A DNA stretch of 64,000 nucleotides from Fidelibacterota bacterium (lineage in GTDB: Bacteria; Fidelibacterota; UBA2242), in contig JADHYC010000004.1 in assembly GCA_016782645.1 (NCBI GenBank), forward strand, positions 612-64,611. Reading direction: 5' to 3'. The notes below the pieces were generated by a model that saw only the letters and a list, made by a program, of their open reading frames with translations, searched no databases and was not told where the DNA came from. How positions within the stretch are numbered: position 1 is the stretch's first letter; the number at the start of each line of letters is the position of its first letter. A program made the translations under genes and the position numbers. Below, piece by piece: positions 1 to 10,206 of the stretch.

Positions 1-639
1 TTACCCATTGGCGAAGATAAAAAAGATGAAAATTCTCAAGGAGTAAATGTCGATATCAACTACAAAACCATTATACTTAAAAAGTTCGCTATTACATTCA
101 ATCAAGCGTTTTACTACACGAATATTAACAATGCACTCATTTCCCAACCTGATTCATTATTAAAAGGAATTTTATCCTACGAAAACGCAAATGCACCCCT
201 GGAAACTAGAGGTTTCGATACTAACACTACATTTGCCTTAAATGAACTTGCTTTATTTATTGACTATACCTATACAGATGCACAAAAAAGATACGACAAT
301 ACATTTCCTAATTTGGAATTAACCCCAAAACATAAATTAAACATGACCCTGACTTATGAAGAAGAAGATAGTTGGCGAGCAGGGATAGAGGCTTTTTACA
401 CAGGTAAGCAATATTTAAGTGACCAAACGAAAACACGCGATTATTGGACTGTCGGTTTGATGGTACAAAAAATATTTGAGCATTTCTCAATAGCCGGAAA
501 TGTAGAAAATTTATTCGATGTAAGACAAACAAGGTTTGAAAACGTGATAATTCCACCCTATGATAAACCTACCTTTAGGCAGATATACGTGCCTTTAGAT
601 GGTATCGTTGCAAATGTTGTTGTGAAAATAAAATTATAA
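1..639 (+). CDS. TonB-dependent outer-membrane receptor, C-terminal portion (5' end lies outside window)
   Basis: Frame 1 is open from base 1 to the TAA at 637-639. The translation (…FYTGKQYLSD…NLFDVRQTRFENVIIPPYD…VVKIKL) has the alternating-hydrophobic beta-strand pattern and aromatic/hydrophobic C-terminus typical of TonB-dependent receptor barrels. Confidence 0.55.
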   Translation, partial: LPIGEDKKDENSQGVNVDINYKTIILKKFAITFNQAFYYTNINNALISQPDSLLKGILSYENANAPLETRGFDTNTTFALNELALFIDYTYTDAQKRYDNTFPNLELTPKHKLNMTLTYEEEDSWRAGIEAFYTGKQYLSDQTKTRDYWTVGLMVQKIFEHFSIAGNVENLFDVRQTRFENVIIPPYDKPTFRQIYVPLDGIVANVVVKIKL

Positions 640-1035
640 AGGAGAAAAAAGTCCCAAATCTTATATAAATGTGCAAATGGATTCTGCATTGCCAATTTAT
701 TTCCCCATTATATGTTGGGTTTTAAGTACTTCCCTTATTTTATAATAACCTTTCAAAATCAATTATCAATTCTAAGTATTGTCCCCTGTTTTCCTAAATT
801 ACGATTAGAATCCATAAAAAATATTCATGATCGTATTAAAGCAGGAATTTACTCATTGACAACTATACTAATCTAAAACCCAATTATAAAACACATAAAT
901 AAATGTTTGCTATACTAACAGGAAGCAATGCTGTAAACAGTAGGTTATCATTGTCAAAAGATCCCTTTATAAAATTCAATATAATCAGAGGATGTTTATT
1001 AAAAACTCATACTTTATTTTTATTCTGGAATTTAT

Positions 1036-2322
1036 TTACTTCCTTAAATCCTTATTTATCTCACCAGCTTTCTTTAAGCCAATTTTTGTTAACACTGGTC
1101 CTATAATCTCAAAGAAAATACAGGTTGCGGTAACGGTAGTTATTACTATTGCACCAAGTTTATCTCCTGAAGTAATATTACTTCCATTAACAACTTCTAC
1201 AATTTTACCAAGACCCTTGAATTCATGTTTAACAATGAGAGCCAAACCGATAGCAACACCTGCCTGAGATAAAATCCCCAACCCAAGATATTTTCTTATT
1301 TTATCTTCAGCCTTACCAACTATTGCACCTATTTTTGCACCTGCGATGAGCCCACCCGAACGAGTTAAAATATATACAATTCCTAAAATCCCAAGTGAGG
1401 GCAGGGCATTTAAATAAAGATTAGCTCCCGCCAAAGTGAAAAACAGAATAAAAAATAAAGGCATAACAAGCGGCAACCTATCATGTATTTTTTGAAGTAA
1501 GGAATGAGACTGAGTATTGACAACTATCATTCCAAATACCATATTTGTAAGAATAAGAGAGAGATTAAAAACCTTACAAATTCCATTTGAAGCAAGAATA
1601 AATCCAATAGTTAAAATTAAAATATCCTCCGCACTCCGCATCTTTCTTGCTAATAAAGAAAATATTGTCGCAATGATTCCACCAAGTAATAAACTAAGTA
1701 TAATTTCTTTAAATGGATAAAGCATCATTAACCAAAAATTCTCAGAAACCACACCTGTTTCACTTAAAAGAACAACACGAACGATAGCCGCAGCAAATCC
1801 AAAAATAATTATTCCCAAACCATCATCAAAGCCAACTACGGTATAGAGCGCCTTAGTTAAGCTACCTTTTGCTTTATATTCCTGGATCACGGCAACCGTA
1901 CCAGCCGGAGCACTGGCTGGAGCTATTGAAGCAAAAATTAGTGCAAGCGATAAATTACGAGTCAATAAATACGATCCTAAAAATACTACTATAAACGCAC
2001 CAAAAGATTCAGCAAAAATTACGTAGATAATACCAACACCAAACTTTCTTAATGCGGAAAATTTAAGTTCCAGGCCAATACTCAATGCAACAAAACCTAA
2101 AGCTATTTCAGTAATAAATGATAACTGCTCTTGCAAATTGCTATTCAACAAATTTAAAAATGAGGGACCCAAAATGACACCAAAAAGCATATAACCTATT
2201 ATTGAGGGTAACCTTATAAACCTCATATTACGGCCAAAGTAAAATCCGAATATAACTATAAGCCCAATCAATAAGAGTCCTGGTATTGTAAAGCTATTTA
2301 AATAGTCTGTTAATCCCTCCAT
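1036..2322 (-). CDS. monovalent cation:proton antiporter (Na+/H+ exchanger / CPA family), about 12 predicted TM segments
   Basis: 428-aa very hydrophobic ORF. The N-terminus (IIGYMLFGVILGPSFLNLL) and glycine-rich TM segments are typical of Kef/NhaP-type CPA transporters. It starts 13 nt after the upstream EIIA-like gene on the same strand. Confidence 0.6.
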   Translation of the reverse strand: MEGLTDYLNSFTIPGLLLIGLIVIFGFYFGRNMRFIRLPSIIGYMLFGVILGPSFLNLLNSNLQEQLSFITEIALGFVALSIGLELKFSALRKFGVGIIYVIFAESFGAFIVVFLGSYLLTRNLSLALIFASIAPASAPAGTVAVIQEYKAKGSLTKALYTVVGFDDGLGIIIFGFAAAIVRVVLLSETGVVSENFWLMMLYPFKEIILSLLLGGIIATIFSLLARKMRSAEDILILTIGFILASNGICKVFNLSLILTNMVFGMIVVNTQSHSLLQKIHDRLPLVMPLFFILFFTLAGANLYLNALPSLGILGIVYILTRSGGLIAGAKIGAIVGKAEDKIRKYLGLGILSQAGVAIGLALIVKHEFKGLGKIVEVVNGSNITSGDKLGAIVITTVTATCIFFEIIGPVLTKIGLKKAGEINKDLRK

Positions 2323-2335
2323 TCCAAAATCCTAT

Positions 2336-3148
2336 TTAGATATTAAGTGAACCGCTCAAATAAAAAACGTCATGTACTAAAACCATAATACCTGATTTTT
2401 CCTCTAACTCTTCAATAATCATATTGATTCTTCGTAATACATCATTTGAAAGAGATTTTTTCACTCCGGCTATTATTACTCGACTGAAACCTTTCTCTTT
2501 ATCGCTCCAAAAACTAGAAAAAAGTGGTAACGAATAAAGATATCTACTTGCATTATTGGCTTCAATAACAGAAACCGAACAATCATCGGTCTCAGTAAAT
2601 ATCTCAAGTATGTCATTAAATCTTTCTTCCAGTTGAATAACCACATAAAATAGACTGTACTCTTTTGTTTCTTTAATTTCTTCCTCAATAACTGTATGGC
2701 GTAAAAAGCTTTCACGAACAACTAAAGAATTTTTACCTAATAATATTTCATTCACTCTTTCTTGAACGCGTAAAACACTGGAAATTTTAGATAATAACCG
2801 TATGTGCTCATTTCTCTTGGCTTTTGGCACAATAATAAAAACAAATAGTTTTGTTTTCTTGCCATCTAATGATTCAAAATCAATTCCATCTGGAACGGTT
2901 ATAATACCTACTACAAAATCAGATATTCCTTCTAAAGCACAATGAGGAATAGCAATACTATTACCAAATCCGGTCGAACCTAATTTCTCCCTATCGATTA
3001 ATCCTTGAAAAATCTCGTCTTCAGTTTTATCATTAAGTATGGAATTCCTTTTGGACAATTTCACAATTTCTCTTAACATTGAAATCTTATCAGAAGGTTT
3101 AAGTTCAACCTGAATACATTCTTCGTGTAAAATTTCAGATAAATTCAT
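2336..3148 (-). CDS. PTS EIIA type-2 (PtsN/EIIA-Ntr-like) domain protein with about 120-aa C-terminal extension
   Basis: N-terminal 150 aa match the EIIA-2 fold signature (…LGSTGFGNSIAIPHC…, active-site His in IPHC). Operonic with the antiporter (13-nt gap). Confidence 0.6.
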   Translation of the reverse strand: MNLSEILHEECIQVELKPSDKISMLREIVKLSKRNSILNDKTEDEIFQGLIDREKLGSTGFGNSIAIPHCALEGISDFVVGIITVPDGIDFESLDGKKTKLFVFIIVPKAKRNEHIRLLSKISSVLRVQERVNEILLGKNSLVVRESFLRHTVIEEEIKETKEYSLFYVVIQLEERFNDILEIFTETDDCSVSVIEANNASRYLYSLPLFSSFWSDKEKGFSRVIIAGVKKSLSNDVLRRINMIIEELEEKSGIMVLVHDVFYLSGSLNI

Positions 3149-3613
3149 AAACTATCTCCTATGAAATAAGGTCTTTAATAATAGTAATTATTGCATAATG
3201 CATTATAATCGTAATAATTTAGCAAAAGAAATAACCCTATATTTGAGAATTGAAAAACAACAAACAGTGAAAGTAACAAATAGAACATTAACAATAAACG
3301 AAAATAATTTATTATATTATTGGCAAAGAATCAAAGATACTTTATTTTCCAATCTACAAGAAAAACCAGAGAAATTTAAAGAGAGACAAAACAAAATCAG
3401 TTTGATTCTGAAATTAATCTTAGCGAATTTCATAATAGATTATGTTGGTAGATTAGTTGATATCCAAGCAAGCCTCACTCGGCTTTTAATATTCCTCACC
3501 TTTTACAAAAGGCCTAATTCATTGTTTTGATAATAAAAATATGTAATTAATTTTAACCAGAATCTTTGAATAGCGGTTAAATAGAATTACAATTGAGATA
3601 AAGGCACAAAAAT

Positions 3614-5371
3614 ATGTTAAAAAGAACAGTAACATGTGGCGAATTAAGAAGAGAAAATTTAAGGCAAACTGTTGTTCTTAATGGTTGGGTAAATCGCAAA
3701 CGGGATCACGGCGGACTAAGTTTTATAGATTTGCGCGATAGATATGGTCTAACGCAAGTCGTCTTCGATCCTGAAGTGGGAGAAAAACTTCTAAATAAAG
3801 CTAAGAAGTTGGGTGCTGAAGATGTTGTGGCTGTTAAAGGAGTTGTAAGGATTCGCCCTCAAGCCTCCCCAAATCGTGAAATGTCCACAGGTGAAATTGA
3901 AGTTCTCGCACAAGAGTTAGAAATTCTGAATAAATCAAAACCTCTTCCATTCCTTATCACTGACCGCTCTACGGGTCTCGAAGACTTGCGATTAAAATAC
4001 AGGTATCTTGATCTGCGTACAAAGGACTTACAACGAACAATTGCTATCAGACATTCCGCCGCTCAAAGTGTACGGAAATATTATACAGAGAATAATTTTT
4101 ACGAAGTTGAAACTCCTTTTTTAATGAAAAGTACTCCTGAAGGAGCAAGAGATTATCTGGTACCAAGCAGAATTAATAAAGGCAAATTTTATGCTCTTCC
4201 TCAATCTCCTCAAACTTACAAACAACTCTTGATGATCTCAGGATTTGATAAATATTTTCAGATTGTTAAATGCTTTCGTGATGAAGACCTTCGAGCTGAC
4301 AGACAGCCGGAATTTACACAGATTGATGTCGAAATATCCTTCGTGGAAGAAGAAGATGTGCTCAAATCTACAGAGTCAATGCTCAGACAGGTATTCAAAG
4401 AAGTAATCGGAATTGAACTGGTAAATCCCTTCCCACGAATGACCTACGAAAATGCGTTCAAACTTTACGGCACTGATAAACCTGATCTGAGATTCGGAAT
4501 GAAAATCCATAAAATTAATAAAATTGCTGATAAAACCGATTTTAAAGTCTTCAAATCAGTAATTAATAATGACGGAATCATTGCAGGAATATGTGTCCCC
4601 GGCGGAGCAAAACTCTCCAGAAAAGGAATTGATGAACTAACAGAAAAGGCTCGGATTCTTGGTACAAAAGGGCTGGTGTTTACAAAAATCACTGAAAATG
4701 GCTTAGAGGGTGGAATTGCCAAGTTCCTCTGTTCTGCTATTAAAGAAATTAACCAGGAATTTAAAGCAAACATCGGTGATTTATTGCTATTTGTAGCAGA
4801 CCAGAAAAATATTACATATCCGGTACTCGGAAATCTGCGATTAGAGGTCAGAAAAAAATTAGATTCGATACCAACAGATTCTTTTAAACCGGTTTGGGTA
4901 ACACACTTTCCCCTGCTGGAGTGGAGTGAAGAAGAACAGCGGTATGTTGCAACTCATCATCCGTTTACTTCATCCGTTCCGGAAGATATGAAGTTTCTGG
5001 ATAAAGAACCGGAAAAAGCCCATTCCCGCTCCTACGATATTGTAATCAACGGACAGGAAATTGGTGGTGGAAGTATTAGAAATCATACTGTAGAGATGCA
5101 GGAAAAGATGTTTGAAGTCTTGAAAATAAGCAAACAAGAGTCACGTAAAAAGTTCGGTTTCCTCTTAGATGCTCTTTCTTATGGCGCCCCACCACATGGT
5201 GGAATAGCTCTCGGATTTGACCGGCTTGTAATGATCTTAGCGGGAGTTGGTAATATCAGGGAGGTAATAGCTTTTCCCAAAACAACAAGCGCTTCTTCTC
5301 TAATGGACGGCTGTCCTACAGATGTTGATAAGCAACAGCTGAAAGAATTAGGAATTACAATAAAATACTGA
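3614..5371 (+). CDS. aspS: aspartate--tRNA ligase
   Basis: 585 aa. Class II aaRS motifs (FRDEDLRADRQPEFTQID, GGGSIR, GFDRLVMIL) and N-terminal OB anticodon-binding domain. Stop is TGA. Confidence 0.95.
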   Translation: MLKRTVTCGELRRENLRQTVVLNGWVNRKRDHGGLSFIDLRDRYGLTQVVFDPEVGEKLLNKAKKLGAEDVVAVKGVVRIRPQASPNREMSTGEIEVLAQELEILNKSKPLPFLITDRSTGLEDLRLKYRYLDLRTKDLQRTIAIRHSAAQSVRKYYTENNFYEVETPFLMKSTPEGARDYLVPSRINKGKFYALPQSPQTYKQLLMISGFDKYFQIVKCFRDEDLRADRQPEFTQIDVEISFVEEEDVLKSTESMLRQVFKEVIGIELVNPFPRMTYENAFKLYGTDKPDLRFGMKIHKINKIADKTDFKVFKSVINNDGIIAGICVPGGAKLSRKGIDELTEKARILGTKGLVFTKITENGLEGGIAKFLCSAIKEINQEFKANIGDLLLFVADQKNITYPVLGNLRLEVRKKLDSIPTDSFKPVWVTHFPLLEWSEEEQRYVATHHPFTSSVPEDMKFLDKEPEKAHSRSYDIVINGQEIGGGSIRNHTVEMQEKMFEVLKISKQESRKKFGFLLDALSYGAPPHGGIALGFDRLVMILAGVGNIREVIAFPKTTSASSLMDGCPTDVDKQQLKELGITIKY

Positions 5372-5404
5372 GCATGAAATTCTCTTTATTAAGGATTAAA
5401 CATA

Positions 5405-6352
5405 ATGGCATCAAAAGTTATTGAATTAAAGGGAGTAAATCCATTTTTAGTTTTTGGAGTAAATGATGTTTTTCTTAAACTTATTGAGGAAAAATTCCCG
5501 TTAAAAATCTTTGCACGGGGGAATAAAATAACCCTCGAAGGTGAGGACAAACATATTCAGCAGGTAGATCGAATCTTAGGGGAAATGCTCTTAACAATTA
5601 ATCAAAAAGGATTTGTAAATGAAAATGATCTTAGAGCATTAATCAACGTAGAAATCAGTGGAGAAAAGTTAAAAGGAGAAATCACTCTGGATACTGTTAT
5701 TCTATTTACAAAAAACGGCACTATTAAGCCGCGTTCACCCAATCAGGAAAGATATTACCGATCCACTCTTAAAAACGATATTGTTTTCGGTATAGGGCCG
5801 GCTGGAACTGGTAAAACGTACCTGGCAGTTGCGATAGCTGTGGCTGCATTCCGTAATCATGAATTTAAACGGATAATACTTACCCGTCCAGCGGTGGAAG
5901 CTGGTGAAAGTCTGGGATATTTGCCAGGAGACCTTAAAGAAAAAATCGAGCCGTATCTTGCTCCACTATATGATGCTCTTCACGATATGTTACCAATGGA
6001 AAAAGTGAAATCTCTAACAGAACAGCATATTATTGAAATTCTACCATTAGCTTATATGAGAGGTAGAACGTTGAATAGTGCATTTGTTATTCTCGATGAA
6101 GCTCAGAACACAACCAGTATGCAAATGAAAATGTTTCTCACTCGAATCGGCGTTAACTCGAAAGCAATTATTACAGGTGATATTACACAAATAGATATTC
6201 CTAATAAACAGAATTCGGGATTGATAGAAGCTAAAAATATCTTAAGCAATATAGACGGTATCGATTTTATTTATTTCGACGAAGGAGATGTCGTTCGACA
6301 TAAACTGGTAAAGGATATTATTATAGCTTATAACGGTAAAAATGAGGATTAA
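5405..6352 (+). CDS. phoH: PhoH-family ATPase
   Basis: Walker A GPAGTGKTYLAV and a conserved PhoH C-terminal region (ILDEAQNTT). Confidence 0.9.
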   Translation: MASKVIELKGVNPFLVFGVNDVFLKLIEEKFPLKIFARGNKITLEGEDKHIQQVDRILGEMLLTINQKGFVNENDLRALINVEISGEKLKGEITLDTVILFTKNGTIKPRSPNQERYYRSTLKNDIVFGIGPAGTGKTYLAVAIAVAAFRNHEFKRIILTRPAVEAGESLGYLPGDLKEKIEPYLAPLYDALHDMLPMEKVKSLTEQHIIEILPLAYMRGRTLNSAFVILDEAQNTTSMQMKMFLTRIGVNSKAIITGDITQIDIPNKQNSGLIEAKNILSNIDGIDFIYFDEGDVVRHKLVKDIIIAYNGKNED

Positions 6353-6413
6353 AAATCACAAATAAACCAGTTTTAAGCGAAGCCAAACCAAACGGATTTA
6401 TCTTCATTAACGA

Positions 6414-7967
6414 CTAATCCTTGATCAAAATATCAGCAGTCATCTCTTTGGGAATTTCCAAACCAAGTAAATATAAAACCGTAGGTGCAATATCAGACAA
6501 TTTCCCTCGGTCAAGAATTTTTTTAATCTCGTAATCTCTGGCAACGTATATTAATTCAACAGGAAATGTCGTATGGCTTGTCTTCACCATCGCTGTTTCA
6601 TAATCTACCATCTGTTCTGAATTGCCGTGATCAGCCGTAATAAGGATGTGAGAATCTAATTCCAGAAGTCCTTTAATTATTTTCCCCACACATTCGTCTA
6701 CAATTTCCACTGCTCGTTTTGCCGCATTAAAATCACCGGTGTGACCAACCATATCGCAATTTGCATAGTTGATCACTATAAAAGTATATGGATTATCTTC
6801 GAGACGTTTTAACAGCGCTTCGGTTACATTATATGCCTCCATTTCGGGATGGCTAGCGAAAGTTGCCGGATCGAACCGACTTTTTATCTCTACCTGATCT
6901 TCATTAGGAAAAGGTGTTGTTGATTTTCCATTAAAGAAGCTTGTCACATGTCTGAATTTCTGAGTTTCTGCAATGCGTAATTGTTTTAAACCTGCTTTTG
7001 AAATCACTTCACCCAGCAAATTATTCATCGCACCGCTGGAACCCATTGATTCCAGCATATAGTCTTCAAATTCATCATAGTACTGAGTGAAACCAACATA
7101 GATAACCTTCGGTTTCACCTTTAAGTTTCCCGGATAGTTCGGATCAACAAATGCTCTTGAGAGTTGTATCGCCCTGTCCTGTCGGTAATTTGTATGAAGG
7201 ACACAATCTCCATCAGACATATATTCATATCCACCAATGCAATAAGGTGGAATATATTCATCAAACATATCTACATTGTCAGGTGTTTTATCATTTTCGT
7301 ATGACTCTTTTATAGCAGCTTCAGCGTTTGGTACCTTTCGACCTTCTCCGTTAACTATACAGTTATATGCAATATCCGTAATATCCCAATTCTTAGACCT
7401 ATCCATACCATAATAGCGTCCCATAATAGTACCGATCCTGCAGTTGCCGACCTTCTGCATTACTCTATTCAATTTAGCGATATATTCAAGAGTACTCCGA
7501 GGAGGAGTATCGCGTCCATCTAAAAATGGATGTATAATGATCTCGCCATCCGGAAATTCACTTCTTGCTCTTTGCATGATCTTAAACAGATGTTCCTGAT
7601 GAGCATGAACTCCCTCATCCTGTAACAAACCAAACAGATGAAGTCGGGAATTGTTCATTTTCCAATTTTTCACAAGATTTTTCCAACTCTCAACTTGGAA
7701 AAACGAACCGTTTCTAAACCCTTCGTCAATTCTTTTAAGTTCCTGAACAACGATACGACCCGCTCCCATATTGAGGTGACCAACCTCGCTTGAACCCTGA
7801 TAATCTGCTGGTAAACCCACTGCCTCACCTGAAGTTTCTACTACAGTCCATGGATATTTTTCTTTATATGAATCAATGTTGGGAGTATCAGCTGCCATTA
7901 CAGCATTTCCAACAGGATTTTCATTTATACCCCAGCCATCGCGAATTATTATACATACTGGACGCAT
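6414..7967 (-). CDS. gpmI: 2,3-bisphosphoglycerate-independent phosphoglycerate mutase
   Basis: 517 aa with iPGM signatures (MRPVCIIIRDGWG, ITADHGN near C-terminus). Confidence 0.9.
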   Translation of the reverse strand: MRPVCIIIRDGWGINENPVGNAVMAADTPNIDSYKEKYPWTVVETSGEAVGLPADYQGSSEVGHLNMGAGRIVVQELKRIDEGFRNGSFFQVESWKNLVKNWKMNNSRLHLFGLLQDEGVHAHQEHLFKIMQRARSEFPDGEIIIHPFLDGRDTPPRSTLEYIAKLNRVMQKVGNCRIGTIMGRYYGMDRSKNWDITDIAYNCIVNGEGRKVPNAEAAIKESYENDKTPDNVDMFDEYIPPYCIGGYEYMSDGDCVLHTNYRQDRAIQLSRAFVDPNYPGNLKVKPKVIYVGFTQYYDEFEDYMLESMGSSGAMNNLLGEVISKAGLKQLRIAETQKFRHVTSFFNGKSTTPFPNEDQVEIKSRFDPATFASHPEMEAYNVTEALLKRLEDNPYTFIVINYANCDMVGHTGDFNAAKRAVEIVDECVGKIIKGLLELDSHILITADHGNSEQMVDYETAMVKTSHTTFPVELIYVARDYEIKKILDRGKLSDIAPTVLYLLGLEIPKEMTADILIKD

Positions 7968-8282
7968 ATTTTCCTCTTTTCTAAAATCTAGGAATGTTTT
8001 CTCTTAAGTATTTTTATATTTTCTTTATATAGTGATAATTTCAAAAAAATCCCTTGTAAAGTTTTGATGCCCACTGGTGTCAGGTTTCATTTTTCGAGAC
8101 TAATTAAAAATCTTTAGAAATTTACAATTTGAAATATGAAATTCTCTCACTTTTCTCTTCTCTAAATTTCCTTTTCAATTTGATCCGCCGTCTGGCGGAT
8201 TGATATTTGCTCCAAAGGAGCCTCTTCGAGGCAATTTAAAATTCTTTTACTTATACCATATTCCCTTCTACCTTAATAACCT

Positions 8283-9929
8283 TTACAATGTCTTAACCAC
8301 CTTATCCATATCTGAAACTACATTTTGACTCGCTTTAGTAAGGCTGGAATTCATTATCTTTTCAAAAAATTTACTTTTTGCCTCTTCCTCAACTGTTTCA
8401 CATCCTTGAACAATTATTAATCCTTTACTGATAACAATTTGAGCAACTTCTGATATGAAAATTCTTAGCATTGCCGACAATTTACCAGCATCCAGATTGC
8501 CATGTTCAATAAGATTTGCCACCTTTCTTACAAACGCGGCAGCTACTTCGGTATAGGTTATAATGTCAGAAAGTAAAAATTGAATATGCTGCTGGCGTGT
8601 TAACCTCTGTTTATGAGCAAACATTATCAAATCATTGAGAATATTAAGAGAATCTCCAATTATTTTTGCATTGATATCTTTTACTTTTCCAGCAATATCT
8701 TCCATTTCTCTGGCAAGATTGTTGTAATATTGACCCTTGCTTCTTACAGTAGTTCGCCAGCGAAATAGGTATATTATATTCTGCTGAATCTCACTAGTAC
8801 CTTCATAGATAGTCGTGACTCTGACATCCCTCTTGATTTTCTCCACTTCATATTCACGCATATAGCCATATCCACCATGCGCTTGAATTGCAGACTCTGC
8901 TGCTGCATTCCCAATTTCAGTGGCAAAATATTTAGCAATTGAACCCTCTACCATAATATCAGTATCACCTGAATCAATCCTACTGGCAATTTCTTCAATG
9001 TACATCCGCGCAGCTCCCAATCTTACAATATGAGGAACTATGAGTTTGTGAGAGTACCCCTGTTTTTCAATTAATGGGGAACCAAACTGAACTCTTTCTT
9101 TAGCAAATTTAATGGATTTTTCTATTGCTGAAAGTCCGGCTCCCAATCCAAATGCGGCAACCATAAGGCGAGTATATGCAAAAACCTCGTTTGCCTGTTT
9201 CATTCCATTACCAGGAACACCACCAATAATATTTTCAGCCGGAACCATGACATTTTCAAAAGTTAGTGCCGCCGTATTTGCACTTCGAATTCCATGCTTA
9301 TGTTCATGTTCACCTCTGACAAATCCTTTAGAATTTCCTTCTACTATGAAAAACGTTGGTTCCTCGGGAGCCTTTGCCAGTACCGAAAAAAATTCAGCAA
9401 ATCCGCCATTTGAAATAAATTGTTTGCTGCCATTTAATTTATACCAAGAAATTTTTCCTGATTCGTCTTTAATTGGCTCAGCCTTTGTTTTTATCGCTTC
9501 AAGATTACTGCCTGCTTCAGATTCGGTTACTGCATAAGCTACGATAGCACCCTTGTCAACTATTTTTCCAAGCCATTTTTTCTTCTGTTCTTCTGTTCCG
9601 GAAAGCAGGATTGGTTCTACACCTAAATGAATAGCCAGAAACGCAGTGGAAACGCCAAGACAGATTTTCGCTAATTCTGTTGAAACATGAAATGTATCCA
9701 CTACTCCACCACCAAGCCCACCATATTCTTCAGGAATAAAAACCATCTGTAAACCGACTCGCTCGCTAAGCAATTCCTTTATAATATCCAGTGGAAACTC
9801 TTCACTTTCATCCAATTTAAGGATTTTATCACGAGATAGAAGTTCTTTATGTACTGATCTGATAGTATCTAGAATCATTTCTCGTGTTTCAATATCAAGC
9901 CCGGCTTTCTCTGTCATATTTTCCTCCAT
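8283..9929 (-). CDS. acyl-CoA dehydrogenase (long form with C-terminal extension)
   Basis: ACAD motifs (YEGTSEIQ, GGYGYMREY), 548 aa. Divergent from tldD and upstream of etfBA. Confidence 0.85.
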   Translation of the reverse strand: MEENMTEKAGLDIETREMILDTIRSVHKELLSRDKILKLDESEEFPLDIIKELLSERVGLQMVFIPEEYGGLGGGVVDTFHVSTELAKICLGVSTAFLAIHLGVEPILLSGTEEQKKKWLGKIVDKGAIVAYAVTESEAGSNLEAIKTKAEPIKDESGKISWYKLNGSKQFISNGGFAEFFSVLAKAPEEPTFFIVEGNSKGFVRGEHEHKHGIRSANTAALTFENVMVPAENIIGGVPGNGMKQANEVFAYTRLMVAAFGLGAGLSAIEKSIKFAKERVQFGSPLIEKQGYSHKLIVPHIVRLGAARMYIEEIASRIDSGDTDIMVEGSIAKYFATEIGNAAAESAIQAHGGYGYMREYEVEKIKRDVRVTTIYEGTSEIQQNIIYLFRWRTTVRSKGQYYNNLAREMEDIAGKVKDINAKIIGDSLNILNDLIMFAHKQRLTRQQHIQFLLSDIITYTEVAAAFVRKVANLIEHGNLDAGKLSAMLRIFISEVAQIVISKGLIIVQGCETVEEEAKSKFFEKIMNSSLTKASQNVVSDMDKVVKTL

Positions 9930-10206
9930 AAAACTTGTGAATCTTGAATACCTTCGATTATCAAAATTGGGCTAATTTAATACAGATCGTTTCAAACTCG
10001 AAATAAAAATCGTTGGCAATCAATAGAAAAATATTTTTATGAAGATATTGTCCTTCAATGAAAAAACTTTTAACAAACTGTAACTAAGGTTCTACGGACA
10101 ACAATTTAAAATGATTGTTTCATTTTCAATAGTTTACTAAAATTCAGCATGATTTCTCAGCATAATATTTAAACTAATGTAAATTCCGTGCAAATAGGAG
10201 GCGAAA

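Noticed and set aside
3198-3530. 110-aa ORF in the AT-rich region upstream of aspS
   Set aside because: Asn/Lys/Ile-rich low-complexity translation, no RBS. The region is better read as the promoter/leader of aspS.
9112-9537. 141-aa ORF on plus strand inside the acyl-CoA dehydrogenase gene (and similar antisense ORFs 4465..4773, 14539..14976, 25215..25715, 31718..32047, 38585..38863)
   Set aside because: Fully embedded antisense to well-supported genes, no RBS, low-complexity translation. These are shadow ORFs.
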